A stretch of 64,000 nucleotides of DNA from the NCBI GenBank assembly GCA_951406725.2, contig OX597818.1:48546001-48610000 (forward strand), read 5' to 3'. Made by a program: the position numbers and the translations under genes. Source of the DNA: Octopus vulgaris. Lineage: Eukaryota. This document shows, piece by piece, positions 50,507 through 61,540 of the stretch (its first letter is position 1; each line of letters begins with the position of its first letter). The notes below the pieces were generated by a model. The model did no database searches. It saw only the letters and a program-made list of their open reading frames with translations, and had not been told where the DNA came from.

Positions 50507-52367
50507 ATAAAAGAACATTGATATAGCTAAAGAAATGCCATTGATATGTATTTTGATTGCTTCATCTAGGTGACAACATTGGCCATAAAGTCTATAAAGA
50601 GTCTGTTGTAACCAGTGAAGAAGTGTTTGCTGTGACTGCTATTTTTATGGCTTCCTTTCTTGTCTACATTAATAAAGAAGTTATTTAAGGTGGCAAAATG
50701 CAGAATCATTAGAGTATTGGATAGAATAATGCCTTACAGTATCCTGATTCTCTGTGCTTTGAGTTCAAATACTGCCGAGGTCAATTTTGCCTTTCATATT
50801 TTCGGGGTCAGTAACAAAACCACCAATCCAGGGCAGTGAATTAGTGGAACTGTTAAATGATTGAGCAAGATGTCTTGCAATATCTATTCCAGTCTTTCAC
50901 ATTTTGGTTGTGATGCCTGCAACGACACTGGCGCCAAGCTGTATTAGTCAAAGTTGGTAGCCTTTCCTTTGGATAAACATAGGTGACAAGGATAGGGGGA
51001 CTTGCATGTATGGGAAACTGCCTCTCTCCCGTGTTATATCTTGCTCATACATGTACAAAAAGAAGAATGGTCAGCTTCAAATGACAGTCCCTTACCCCAA
51101 AATCTGTAGTTTAGCAAACAGTAGTTTCCATCAAATTCACTCATCATAGCTTGGCACTGTTTTGACCAATTTTACTAGTTTGCTCTTTATTGAAAGATAT
51201 TTATGATTTATCACAAAGCTTATGTCAGTGGCGCAAAAGATGAAAATAAAAATATTATTCTTTGATTAGAAGTTGATGGGCTAATCAAATTTTTAAGATT
51301 GTATGAAAGGAAAATGGATATGAAATTAGACAAAGGCAAAAGGAAAATAAATGTTTGCTAAACAAAATGCTTTGAAAAGTAATACTAATATTTAAGGGAG
51401 AGAAAAAATTGTGTTTTGAATATAATAAATGGTTAAAACACACACACACGATATTTAGATATATATACTCATATATATATTTACTTACACATGTATATGT
51501 ATATTTGTGTATGTGTAACCATAAATAAAGTTATGTTTAACATTGAACAACCTGATAACTGATAGGAATATTTTCAGATTTTATTACCCTATAGTAATTA
51601 TATTTAACAAATATCTTGTATGCATGTTAGGATTTCCTTTGTTATCTACAGCAACTTACTAGAGAATATAAGTGTAATGTTACTGCAGAGAATTGTCTGT
51701 TGCCAGAACCTATGAACAGGAGGAGTAGCATAGCCGAGAGAGAGAGATATGGGAGGGAGGAGAAGTAAGATAAAGAAAGTCAGTAATAAAAGTTTGGCCT
51801 GTTGCTGGAACTATCCACGGAGGAACATCTTTTTTTCTTTCTTAGCTCTCAAAGACAGAGACATACTAAAAATATATTTATAGTTGAATCAGAAAAGGTT
51901 GTGGAAGCTATTGACCTACTTACATTAGTCTGGAGAATAGTTAATTATATGACAGGAGAGTAAACTCTGTTTTCTCCTATCCCTATGTAACATAATATAT
52001 TATAATATATATAATAATACACACCAACACACACCATTATCTGCACAACATCTATTCTATAATAAAGAGAACTTGCTTATTAATTATTTAGTCTCTCGAT
52101 ATAAATAAGAATACATTAATTGAGGACTAATCCAGGAGTCAGAATGAAACAGCATTTTTTTTTTTTTTTACTTGTTGCAGTCATTGGATTGTGGCCATGC
52201 TGGGGCACCCTTTTTACCTTTTACTTGTTGCAGTTATTAGATGGTTTATTTGCACAAATCAACTCCACTACTTAGTTTTAAATCTGTTGATCTCGTTTGC
52301 TAAACTGCTAAGATGTGGGGATGTAAACAAAGGCCAATTGTCACTCAATGCTGTAGGACAAATACAC

Positions 52368-52416
<49 letters not shown>

Positions 52417-52753
52417 TGTTGGTGTGTGTGTGTGTCATCATTATCATTTAATGTCTGTCTTACATGCTAGCATGGGTAGGATGATTCCACAAAGCTGGCC
52501 AGGCCGAAGCCTGCGCCAAATTTCTGTGACTGTTTTGGCAAGATTTTTACAGTTGGATGCCCTTTGTTACACCAACCACTCAGCAGAGTGGACTTACTGC
52601 TTTTTACATGAGACAAGCACTGGTGAAGTGAATAGTGCTTTTCACACATGACAGAAGCACTGGCGAGGTCAATTTTGGCAAAGTTTTTGCAGCTGGATGC
52701 CTTTCCGAACACCAACCGCTTTACAGTGTGAACTGGGTGCCTTTAAGTGGCAC

Positions 52754-53185
52754 CTGCGGGTGGATCACAAGTTCTAACTCTTATATCTGTGTAAATTTTG
52801 TTTTTATATATATAATTCGATATACATTAATGAAGATAAGTTTAACACATTAAATTAACATGTAACATCTTCATTAATGCTGCCACTGAATTTAGGACGT
52901 TTATATCACTTATGAGATATTCTATATTTTTCAGCTAAAGTGTAGTTGGGTCTGAAGGGGGTGGTACAAACCTAGCAATATGTATTTTATAGTGAAAACA
53001 AAATTTCCATTCAAATGGCAATTACTGGACAGTTTTAGCCGTAATGGAAACGTAACCTATGTCGCAAATAGGCATATGAATATTATGTAAATTTTATAAT
53101 TGAAAAATTTGTTGTATTTTGTACATACGAGTACATTAGCCTGCGGATGCAATTGCGCCCACAGGCAGAGGTTCCCCTACCCCTA
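52754..53185 (+). mobile_element. hAT-like MITE, copy lacking its left end
   Basis: Ends in aggttcccctacccta followed by ctctagaa; first ~285 bp is the reverse complement of 55540-55839. Confidence 0.65.
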
Positions 53186-54058
53186 CTCTAGAACAATGCT
53201 TTGTGCAAAACTAAATATATGGCACCCTAGTCATAACACCAACTTGAACTTCTAACTTGTGGTCTCTTGAGGTCTCTGGGTGAGACTTGGAGTTAACTTG
53301 TACAAATACAAAGCAAAAGTCAAACATATAATAATAATAATAATAATAATAATAGTAATAATAATAACAATGGTTTCAAATTTTGGCACAAAGCTATCAA
53401 GTTCAGAAGAAGAGGCAAGTTGATTACATCAACCCTGGTGCTCAACCGGTTCTTATTTTATTGACCCCCAAAAGAATGAAAGGCATAGCCAACCATGGCA
53501 GAATTTGAACCCGGTATGTAAAGACAAACAAAAAATGCCTCTAAGCATTTTGTCTGGCGTGCTAAATATCATAATGATAATAATCCTTTCTACTATAGGC
53601 ACTAGGCCTGAAATTTGGATGGGGTGGGGTGGGGGTAGTTGATTTTATCGACCCCAAAAGGATGAGAGGCAAAGTCAACCTCAGCAGAATTTGAACTCAG
53701 AATATAGCGGCATTTTGCCTGGCGTGCTAACAATTCTGCCAGCTCACTGCCTTATATAATTATAATAATAATAGTTGTTTCTAATTTAGGTACAAAGCTA
53801 GTAGTTTTTGAGGTGAGTATATTGGTCAATTCCATTGACCCTCAGTACTTGGTTCTTTTGTATCAATTCTGAAAGGACAACAGCAAAGTTGGCCTTAGCA
53901 GGATTTGAACGCTGAATGTAAAAAAGAGCCAGAAAAAATACTACAATGCATTTTTTTGTCCAACACTCAAACGATTCTGTCAGTCTACTGCCTTCAGTAA
54001 TGGTTTCTGATTTAGGCACCAGGCCAGTAAATTTGAAGGGAGGGGACTAATCAATACC

Positions 54059-54290
54059 TATTTCTTTATTACCCACAAGGGGCTAAACACAGAGGGGACA
54101 AACAAGGACAGGCATAGGTATTAAGTCGATTACATCAACCCCAGTGCGTAACTAGTACTTAATTTATCAACCCCGAAAGGATGAAAGGCAAAGTCGAAAT
54201 CGGCGGAATTTCAACTCACAACGTAACGCAGACGAAATACCGCTAAGCATTTCGCCCGGCGTGTTAACGTTTCTGCCAGCTCGCCACCTT
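54059..54290 (-). mobile_element. Young SINE family B nested in an older copy
   Basis: TSD atcaatacc (54050-54058, 54291-54299); CpGs retained; lies in a cluster of older B-like copies at 53370-54410. Confidence 0.9.
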
Positions 54291-55539
54291 ATCAATACCA
54301 TCAATTCCAAAACTTGATTGGTACTTTATTTTGTCAACCCCAGGAGTATGAAAGACAAAATTAACCTTAGTGGAATTTAAGCTCAAAACATGACGATCCA
54401 GGACAAATAGCTGGATGCCCTTCCTGTTGCTAACCTTTAGCTATTTTCAATTAAGGGATCTAGTATTCCGCATTTATGGGAAAGTGCAGAGCCAGTGAAT
54501 GATTTGCTGACAGAAAAATGACAGCACATCACTGCTTGTAGCTCAGCAGTTTTTAGCGAAGCACACAGATGTAAAACAATCACATGGACACATGTATGCA
54601 CATGCATATACACAGACGTGTATGTATGTATATCTATTATATATATATGTATGTTTATATGAACATGTATATGTGTAAAAAGTGATGATTCAGTATAATA
54701 AATCTGAAGTATTTTGCAATGTTGTATCTTTATAATCATCATCGTTTAACATCCGCTTTCCATGCTAGCATGGGTTGGTGCTTTTTATGTGCCACCGGCA
54801 CGGAGGCCAGTCGGGGCGGCGCTGGCAACGGCCACGTTCGGATGGTTCTTTGAGAAAGAATTTCAATTTTAATATTTTCTGTTAAAATATTAAGGTGTGA
54901 GATACATACATAGAAGGCTAGAGAGAAGAAAGCAGAGAGAGAGTGCAACAATATATATCTTCTTGGACACATAGTCATGGATAAAATACACACACACACA
55001 CACACACACATACATATATAGCGTGTTCCATTATGTTGGTATGTGGCTGTGCAGACGTGCAGTGCGGACAGGCTTGAAGAAAATAAGAAATATCAAATAA
55101 TAGAATTAAACCTCTTAATGTTGATGTATAGTTTCAAAGGTTTTAAAGGAAATTCAAAAATAACCTGCATCTGTTATCTCATTAATGTTAAGTAGCCTCT
55201 GTGCAGTTTCTTGACCTCTTAGAAATAGCAGTCTAATATATTTGCAATCACATTAAAGTGTCTTAAAAGTGGAAAGGTGCATTGGATAATATGGTTCTGA
55301 ATATCATATCTGACATGAAAAAGAAAAGTGATTGAATGGTCACTTCTGGGACGCCTTTGATTATATATCCGCTTAGTCAGAGTTAACCTGGGCCAAACAA
55401 TAGCAATAATTAATGCCAGTTATTGCTATTGTTGTGAATGACAGTGATAAGTCATAAGAAGGATGAGAGGTGGGAAAAGAGAAACCTTCCTTTAATTCCC
55501 ACACATCATCCTATTGTAGTTACAGTTAGACTCGAACAG

Positions 55540-55893
55540 AAACTGTCCAGTAATTGCCATTTGGATGGAAATTTTGTTTTCACTATAAAATACATATTGC
55601 TAAGTTTGTACCACACCCTTGAGAGCCAACTACACTTTAGCTGAAAAATATAGAATACCTCATAAGTAATATAAACGTCCTAAATTCAGTGGCGGCGTTA
55701 ATGAAGATGTTACGCATTAATTTAATGTGTTAAACTTATCTTCATTAATGTATATCGAATTATATGTATATATATATATATATATATATTTACAAGATTT
55801 ACACAGATATAAGAGTCATAACTTGTGATCCACCCGCAGACCTTTTTCTTTGGAAATTTTTGCCCGCCACACTAAAAAGTTTCCCCACTCCTA
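55540..55893 (-). mobile_element. hAT-like MITE, copy lacking its right end
   Basis: Minus-strand start taggagtggggaaact complements the terminus of 52754-53185. Confidence 0.65.
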
Positions 55894-55897
55894 CATT

Positions 55898-56058
55898 AGC
55901 CATTCAAACACACACACACACTATTAACTTCACTTAAACATTTATTATTTGGTATCAAAATTTCCATCGCATCAATTGCAACCACCACCTGGTTGATGAC
56001 ACTATTCCACAGCAATGTTTAAGTGAAGTTAATGGTCTCTGTGCGTTTTCGAATGGCT
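55898..56058. repeat. Fold-back with ~45-bp inverted arms
   Basis: agccattc...attaacttcacttaaacatt / aatgtttaagtgaagttaat...gaatggct. Confidence 0.75.
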
Positions 56059-56510
56059 TAATATTTGCAGTTGTTTTAGTTTCGACCCATAGCTTCATAT
56101 CAAATCACTTGTCTAGCAAGTACTTCTCCAAAACCAAACTATTGCTTTTACTGTTATTACCTACCAAATGCAGAATTGAAAAAAAAAAAAATTCTAGTCT
56201 GAACTGATCATGAACTTCGTTTCATGGTTTACTTATTGTTCCATACTTTAGATTTCTGTTAAGTATATCAAAGATTCCGCTACACTTTTTGAGCATTGGA
56301 TACTCAATATCAAGATTGTATCTATTCCTTTCATACATGGGAAGGTTTTAGGAATTTGTGCTCTCTCTGTGTTACAAACTAGCACTTTTGTTCTTTGCCT
56401 TGGCAGCCTTTAGGCTCTTAGGGTTTATATCCATTGTTCGATGGTTTAGCACTGTTTCTGCAACTCTTCTACAGATTATGCTACGAGAACAAGATTATTA
56501 GTGTGTGTGT

Positions 56511-56903
56511 GGAATGGAATGGAAGCACCCCATCGGTTACGACGATGAGGGTTCCGGTTGATCTGACCAACGGAACAGCCTGCTCGTGAAATTAACGTGT
56601 AAGTGGCTGAGCACTCCACAGACACGTGTACCCTTAACGTAGTTCTTGGGGATATTCAGCGTGACACAGAGAGTGACAAGGCCGGCCCTTTGAAATACAG
56701 GTACAACAGAAACAGGAAGAAAGAGTGAGAGAAAGTTGTGGTGAAAGAGTACAGCCGGGATCACCACCATCCCCTGCCGGAGCCTCGTGGAGCTTTAGGT
56801 GTTTTCACTCAATAAACACTCACAACGCCCGGTCTGGGAATCGAAACCGCAATCCTACGACCGCGAGTCCGCTGCCCTAACCACTGGGCCATTGTGCCTC
56901 CAC
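56511..56903 (-). mobile_element. tRNA-derived SINE, family C, full length
   Basis: Minus-strand head ggaggcacaatggcccagtggttagggc (A box) and gtttcgattcc (B box); (ttcca)n tail; probable TSD agtg(t/c)gtgtgt. Confidence 0.85.
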
Positions 56904-58044
56904 AAGTGCGTGTGTATGTGTGTGTGAAGATACAAGTAATAACAATATGGTCAAATTATTAATCATGGCTTGCTTTGTTGAACAACAAGGTGGCTTTCTC
57001 ATGCTGTCAGGGGTTAAGTTTTCTGCTATATTATCAGTATATCTGCTAGAATAAATTGTTGGTAACACCCAGTCATTACCAACTATGGGATGCTTAAAGT
57101 TATGTTATGCTGATGACATACTGACAAATATTCCATCCCACCCTCTGAATGAGAGACAATGTGTATCTTTGTTAATGTTCAGTATTTCATCGTTTAATTC
57201 CATTGTGCTGTTGACTTATTTTAACCATTTATAGTTGTGGTTTAACCAGGAGGAGGAGCTTGGTGAAGTTAATTTGTATATTTTGTGGCCTTGAGTAAAA
57301 ATGTGACTTTGTGATTAAAAAAATACTAGTTCGATCCTCAGATTAAATAATGCCTTGTAAGTGGAATTCAGTGGACGGAAACTATGCAGAATCCTATCAC
57401 ACATGTGTGTGTGTGTGTGTATGCATGAGAGAGAGAGAGAGAGAGGTATACGTGTCATTTACAGAAATCAGTAAACCAGGGCATCGTGTACACACACACA
57501 CACACATACACACACACATAAAAATATACTACATTATATTCTGAGTCTAATATTTGGTTGTGGTAGTTTCCTGTGCATCGATACATAATCCATCTTTGCC
57601 TTTAGAATTGATATGACATGACTTTCCTCGGATGTAGGTTCAGAGAAGTACTAGGTAATATGTATGTTGAGAAAGAGAAGGGGATAGAAAGAGACATGGA
57701 GCCTTACAGCACAGAAGACAACCCCTAATTCCTATGAAATAATCCATTGCGAATCACAGACCAGATAGATCTATGGATGGAGTGAAATACTAGCCAGCTG
57801 GGGGATGTTATGGTGAGGAAATGGTTTTGTAGATAGAGCTTTAAGAGCAAAAGAGACAGATAAAAATGAAAGAAAGTGGGAGACAGTGGAAGAAAAGCTA
57901 GATATTGAGTATTATTTGCAGAGAGAAGCAGAGGTTTGCTAATGTTCTGCAACATGCAGATGAGTGGCCCAAGGCATTCTGATTGCAAAACAGTTGGTAT
58001 GAATCAGGACATTGTTAGTGAATATATATATATATATATATATA

Positions 58045-58677
58045 TAAGTAATACTAAGCAATAAAGGGTTTAGCAACGAATTGCCTTACCACAGACCGAA
58101 TTTAGAAATAGCAGTCAAAGAGTTATAGCTATTTCTTCTACTAAAAAGGAGATCTCAGTAAAAAACACAGCAATTGGAAGGCAGGCACAAGCAGGTAAGA
58201 GAGAATGAATTGACGGCAATCTATCATACAATTTTAAGTTATCTACGGACGCACGTTTCGAAATCAAGTTTTTAGGAAAGCATGAGAATTAAATATTAGA
58301 TAATTCTACGTTACCCAAACTTCTTTTCTCTTCAGCGTAGAATACTATAATCATAAGTGATTATATATTGAATTTTGAGATACTAGAAGGCACCAACTCA
58401 ACTCAGTATCAGAGCGAGCTAGAATCCGCAACTAGTATCACCAAACTCAACGTGTGAATGAAAGGATTGTGTCACCAGCCCCTTCCCACCCGCGTGTAGC
58501 CAAAACAAGATGCTATGGTCATCTACTGAGATAAAATATGGTTATCCGTAATAATGAAGGGTGAAATTAATTAATTTGGAATAATTATCAATTACACCAA
58601 GTAGTCTTCGGCATGTAAAAGCCTCATTCGAGGAAAATTTAAGTAATACTAAGCAATAAAGGGTTTAGCAACGAATT
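58045..58677 (-). mobile_element. Terminally redundant 595-bp hammerhead-bearing unit (retrozyme or Penelope pLTR-like)
   Basis: Identical 38-bp direct repeat taagtaatactaagcaataaagggtttagcaacgaatt at 58045-58082 and 58640-58677; flanked by (TA)n; hammerhead inside. Confidence 0.75.
58242..58341 (-). ncRNA. Type I hammerhead ribozyme with extended stem II
   Basis: Minus strand tctacg-ctgaaga-gaaa..aagttt..agaatt[loop]aattct..aaactt..tttc-gaaa-cgtgcg-tc-cgtaga; canonical GUC cleavage triplet. Confidence 0.8.
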
Positions 58678-58709
58678 ATAATTATATATATATATATATA
58701 TATATAATT

Positions 58710-58853
58710 ATAATAATAATAATATTAGGGAGTATAACTCCAAACTTACAGGGAAAAATTCAATTTAGTATTAAATCAAATTTCACAGTATATATAAAAT
58801 ATGAATTAGAGACAAAACCACTATAGTGGTTTTGTCTCTAATTCATAGTTTAT
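58710..58853 (+). mobile_element. (TA)n-targeted fold-back element (family F) ending in a perfect 48-bp palindrome
   Basis: tatgaattagagacaaaaccacta|tagtggttttgtctctaattcata (58800-58847); leader shared with 25561 and 47540. Confidence 0.8.
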
Positions 58854-59435
58854 ATTATATATTATATTATATTATATTATATATATATATATATAATGAT
58901 TATAATGCACTTCCTCTCACTGACACTGAGTTGAAGGCGGTATGGATATGTTACTTATTAGGGGTTACATGACAGAGAGAGAAGGACTACAAAATATAGA
59001 TTCTTCAGAGGACCAGATATTGAAATCAACAGCTACACATATCCTCAAAATGGCCATTGAGGATATGAAGATTGAGAAGTAACCAAACCGTTACAGAAAA
59101 GATACTGAAAATATCTGACAAAATAGAAGGACATGCACTAGTTGCTTACATAGTCAATCAAGTAGTAAAGGAAAAGAGTAATTCTTCAATGACTGGTGTA
59201 GTAGTAGTATCTGTCATCGACTGCTGTAAGAACAAAGGAGTTACTGGATAAAAATATTAGAGAAACGTGGGACAAGTTATATGAAAATAATTGAAAGAGT
59301 TAAAGTAAACTGCTCTTTATAGTCCGGTGATCATTAAAGAATAAAATTCAGGTGAATGGTTTGTGAAGGTATTTTTCTAGGTACTGGTGTGGGTGCTACA
59401 CAAACCATTTTTACCTCATATTAATCTTCCTTTTA

Positions 59436-60838
59436 TCCTTTGACCTGTCCAGCATGAGAGGCCCTACAAGGATTTTGTGCTCTGGTCTCTGGTGGCATAG
59501 CTCTCAGTGTCATTGAGATATACAAGCCACCACACTGCAAGGAGGATTGAACCTTGTTGTAGTAAGTTACATAATGGTGTCAGATGAATCAGTTATGCCT
59601 CTGGCCTCCAAACATGCACAAAGGTGCTGTAAGCAAGATGAGAATAGGCAACATGTTTAGCAAGGAATTTAGAATGCGGAGTAGGCATTCATTAGAACTT
59701 GGTTCTCAGCTCCCTTCCTTTTATTATAATTTTCTGGGCCATAACGGAAGAGTATAGGACCAGCTGTGTGTGGGAACATCTGTATGCCTATGATCTAATT
59801 CTCATAGCTAAATCTGTTGAAGATTTAGAGAAAAAATTCCAAGTGTGAGAGTAAAGCCTAGAAGTTCTGAAGTAAATCTGACAACATAAAAAGATTTTAC
59901 TAAGAAAAAAAATATGACTCTACTGCCATCCAGGAAGCAGCCGTATTTGATATGCAGAAAATGAGTTGGTGAGAATTTCTTATGGAGTACCTAATATAAT
60001 CTACAGGTGTGCACAAGAAATGCTGTTAGATCACAGGCAGGTTGATAGAGAAGGGCTTTGTATGTTAGCAGATATGCTAGAGTAATTAGTAGTAAGAGAA
60101 CTCATTAAATGAGTTCTTTTAAATAGTCAGAGGGTTTCTTACAAGTCATTGATAATATGATCTAAGTGATCATAACTTGCAGTAGAGGATCCCATATGAA
60201 AAAGGGGTGAAATTTAGGGACTGAACATCAGTCAGAAGACAACAAAGGGGACTGTAAGAAGTAGTGAAATGATATTCCGAAGAACATTCATTGATACCAA
60301 ACAAGAAGGGAAAACATGTAAAATGATGAAATTTAATAGTTAAACAATTTAATTACTCAAGTTATACGTTTACTTAAGCCCTTCGTTTCCTACATAAGCC
60401 TTCAACAACATTTTTCCTCTTAATGATTCTGGACTATCTCTCCAATTGGATCCCTACTTTTTCAGCTCTGTGGCCTTGCAGCTCCCTTTCAGATGTTACT
60501 GCACTGCATCATGTGTTTCCCTGAGATAAGGATTTCCTCTCCCTGGTCTTGTTGGTTTTGAATTATCATCGATGCTTCTGTAACCTAGCTTTTTTCTAAA
60601 TAGGTAGTTGACCCAATGCAGACACATTTTTACTTCTAGGAAGAGGTGGTCCATATTCGTCTGATCTGTATCTTTGACCTGTCCAGCATGAGAGGCCCTG
60701 CCAGGAGCTTGTGTTCTGCTGGAATAAGTCTCAGGTTTATTGAGGCCTACAAGCCTCCTTGCTACAGCATGGACTGGAGCCTGTAGTGGCGAGTGATGTT
60801 GATGTCAAATGAACCAGTTATGCCTCTGCCTCACGAAC
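59436..60838 (+). mobile_element. Degraded RTE-type LINE remnants between two ~170-bp direct repeats
   Basis: ctttgacctgtccagcatgagaggccct...tcagatgaatcagttatgcctctg at about 59436-59612 and 60670-60838; WEHLYAYDLILIAKSVEDLEKKFQV (mutated YADD) from 59771. Confidence 0.55.
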
Positions 60839-60925
60839 ATTGGGTTTGCAATGGATCAAAAAAAAAAATTTGAGTTGAATCACATGTACTTCCAAAGAGC
60901 AGAAAGATATTCAAATTCATGTTAA

Positions 60926-61540
60926 TCCTTTCATTACTGTATTTATTTTGAGATGCTCTGTGTTTCTTTCAATTAATTTTAAATATAACAAAAAAAATTT
61001 AGTAAAATAACTTAGTTATAGGCGCAGGAGTGGCTGTGTGGTAAGTAGCTTGCTAACCAACCACATGGTTCCGGGTTCAGTCCCACTGCGTGGCATCTTG
61101 GGCAAGTGTCTTTTGCTATAGCCTCGGGCCGACCAATGCCTTGTGAGTGGATTTGGTAGACGGAAACTGAAAGAAGCCTGTCGTATATATGTATATGTAT
61201 GTGTGTCTGTGTTTGTCCCCCTAGCATTGCTTGACAACCGATGCTGGTGTGTTTACGTCCCCGTCACTTAGCGGTTTGGCAAAAGAGACCGATAGAATAA
61301 GAACTGGGCTTACAAGGAATAAGTACTGGGGTCGATTTGTTCGACTAAAGGCGGTGCTCCAGCATGGCCGCAGTCAAATGACTGAAACAAGTAAAAGAGT
61401 AAAAGAGTTATCATTCAGCTAGTGTTAGGAACATAAATTGTGACTAAGGTTTGGTGGAAGATTTTAAAACAAAACTTATGAAAACAAGACATTTGTACTC
61501 AGAACCTGAACTGGTTTCAGCCAGGTTGGTAATGAAAGGG
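60926..61540. mobile_element. piggyBac-type MITE (family P1) interrupted by SINE A
   Basis: TTAA at 60922-60925 and 61541-61544; colinear with 2468-2687 once the SINE is removed. Confidence 0.85.
61020..61405 (+). mobile_element. Young full-length SINE family A (tRNA head, CORE-like block, central microsatellite, LINE-derived tail)
   Basis: A box tggctgtgtgg, B box ggttcagtcc, CORE-like cttgggcaagtg, tail ggcggtgctccagcatggccgcagtcaaatgactgaaacaagtaaaag; TSD agttat (61014-61019, 61406-61411). Confidence 0.92.

Noticed and set aside
52754-55839. Single 3.1-kb transposon with 285-bp TIRs
   Set aside because: No TSD at the outer ends and no transposase; each arm extends on one side into a short hAT-type TIR, which fits two MITE copies.
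57660-58010. Possible minus-strand LINE endonuclease remnant
   Set aside because: Only faint motif resemblance with several frameshifts; it cannot be supported without a profile search.
61012-61237. Recurrent peptide DGLLSVSVYQIHSQG...DTCPRCHAVGLNPEPCGW suggesting a gene family
   Set aside because: It is the antisense translation of SINE A, and copies have random stops and frameshifts.
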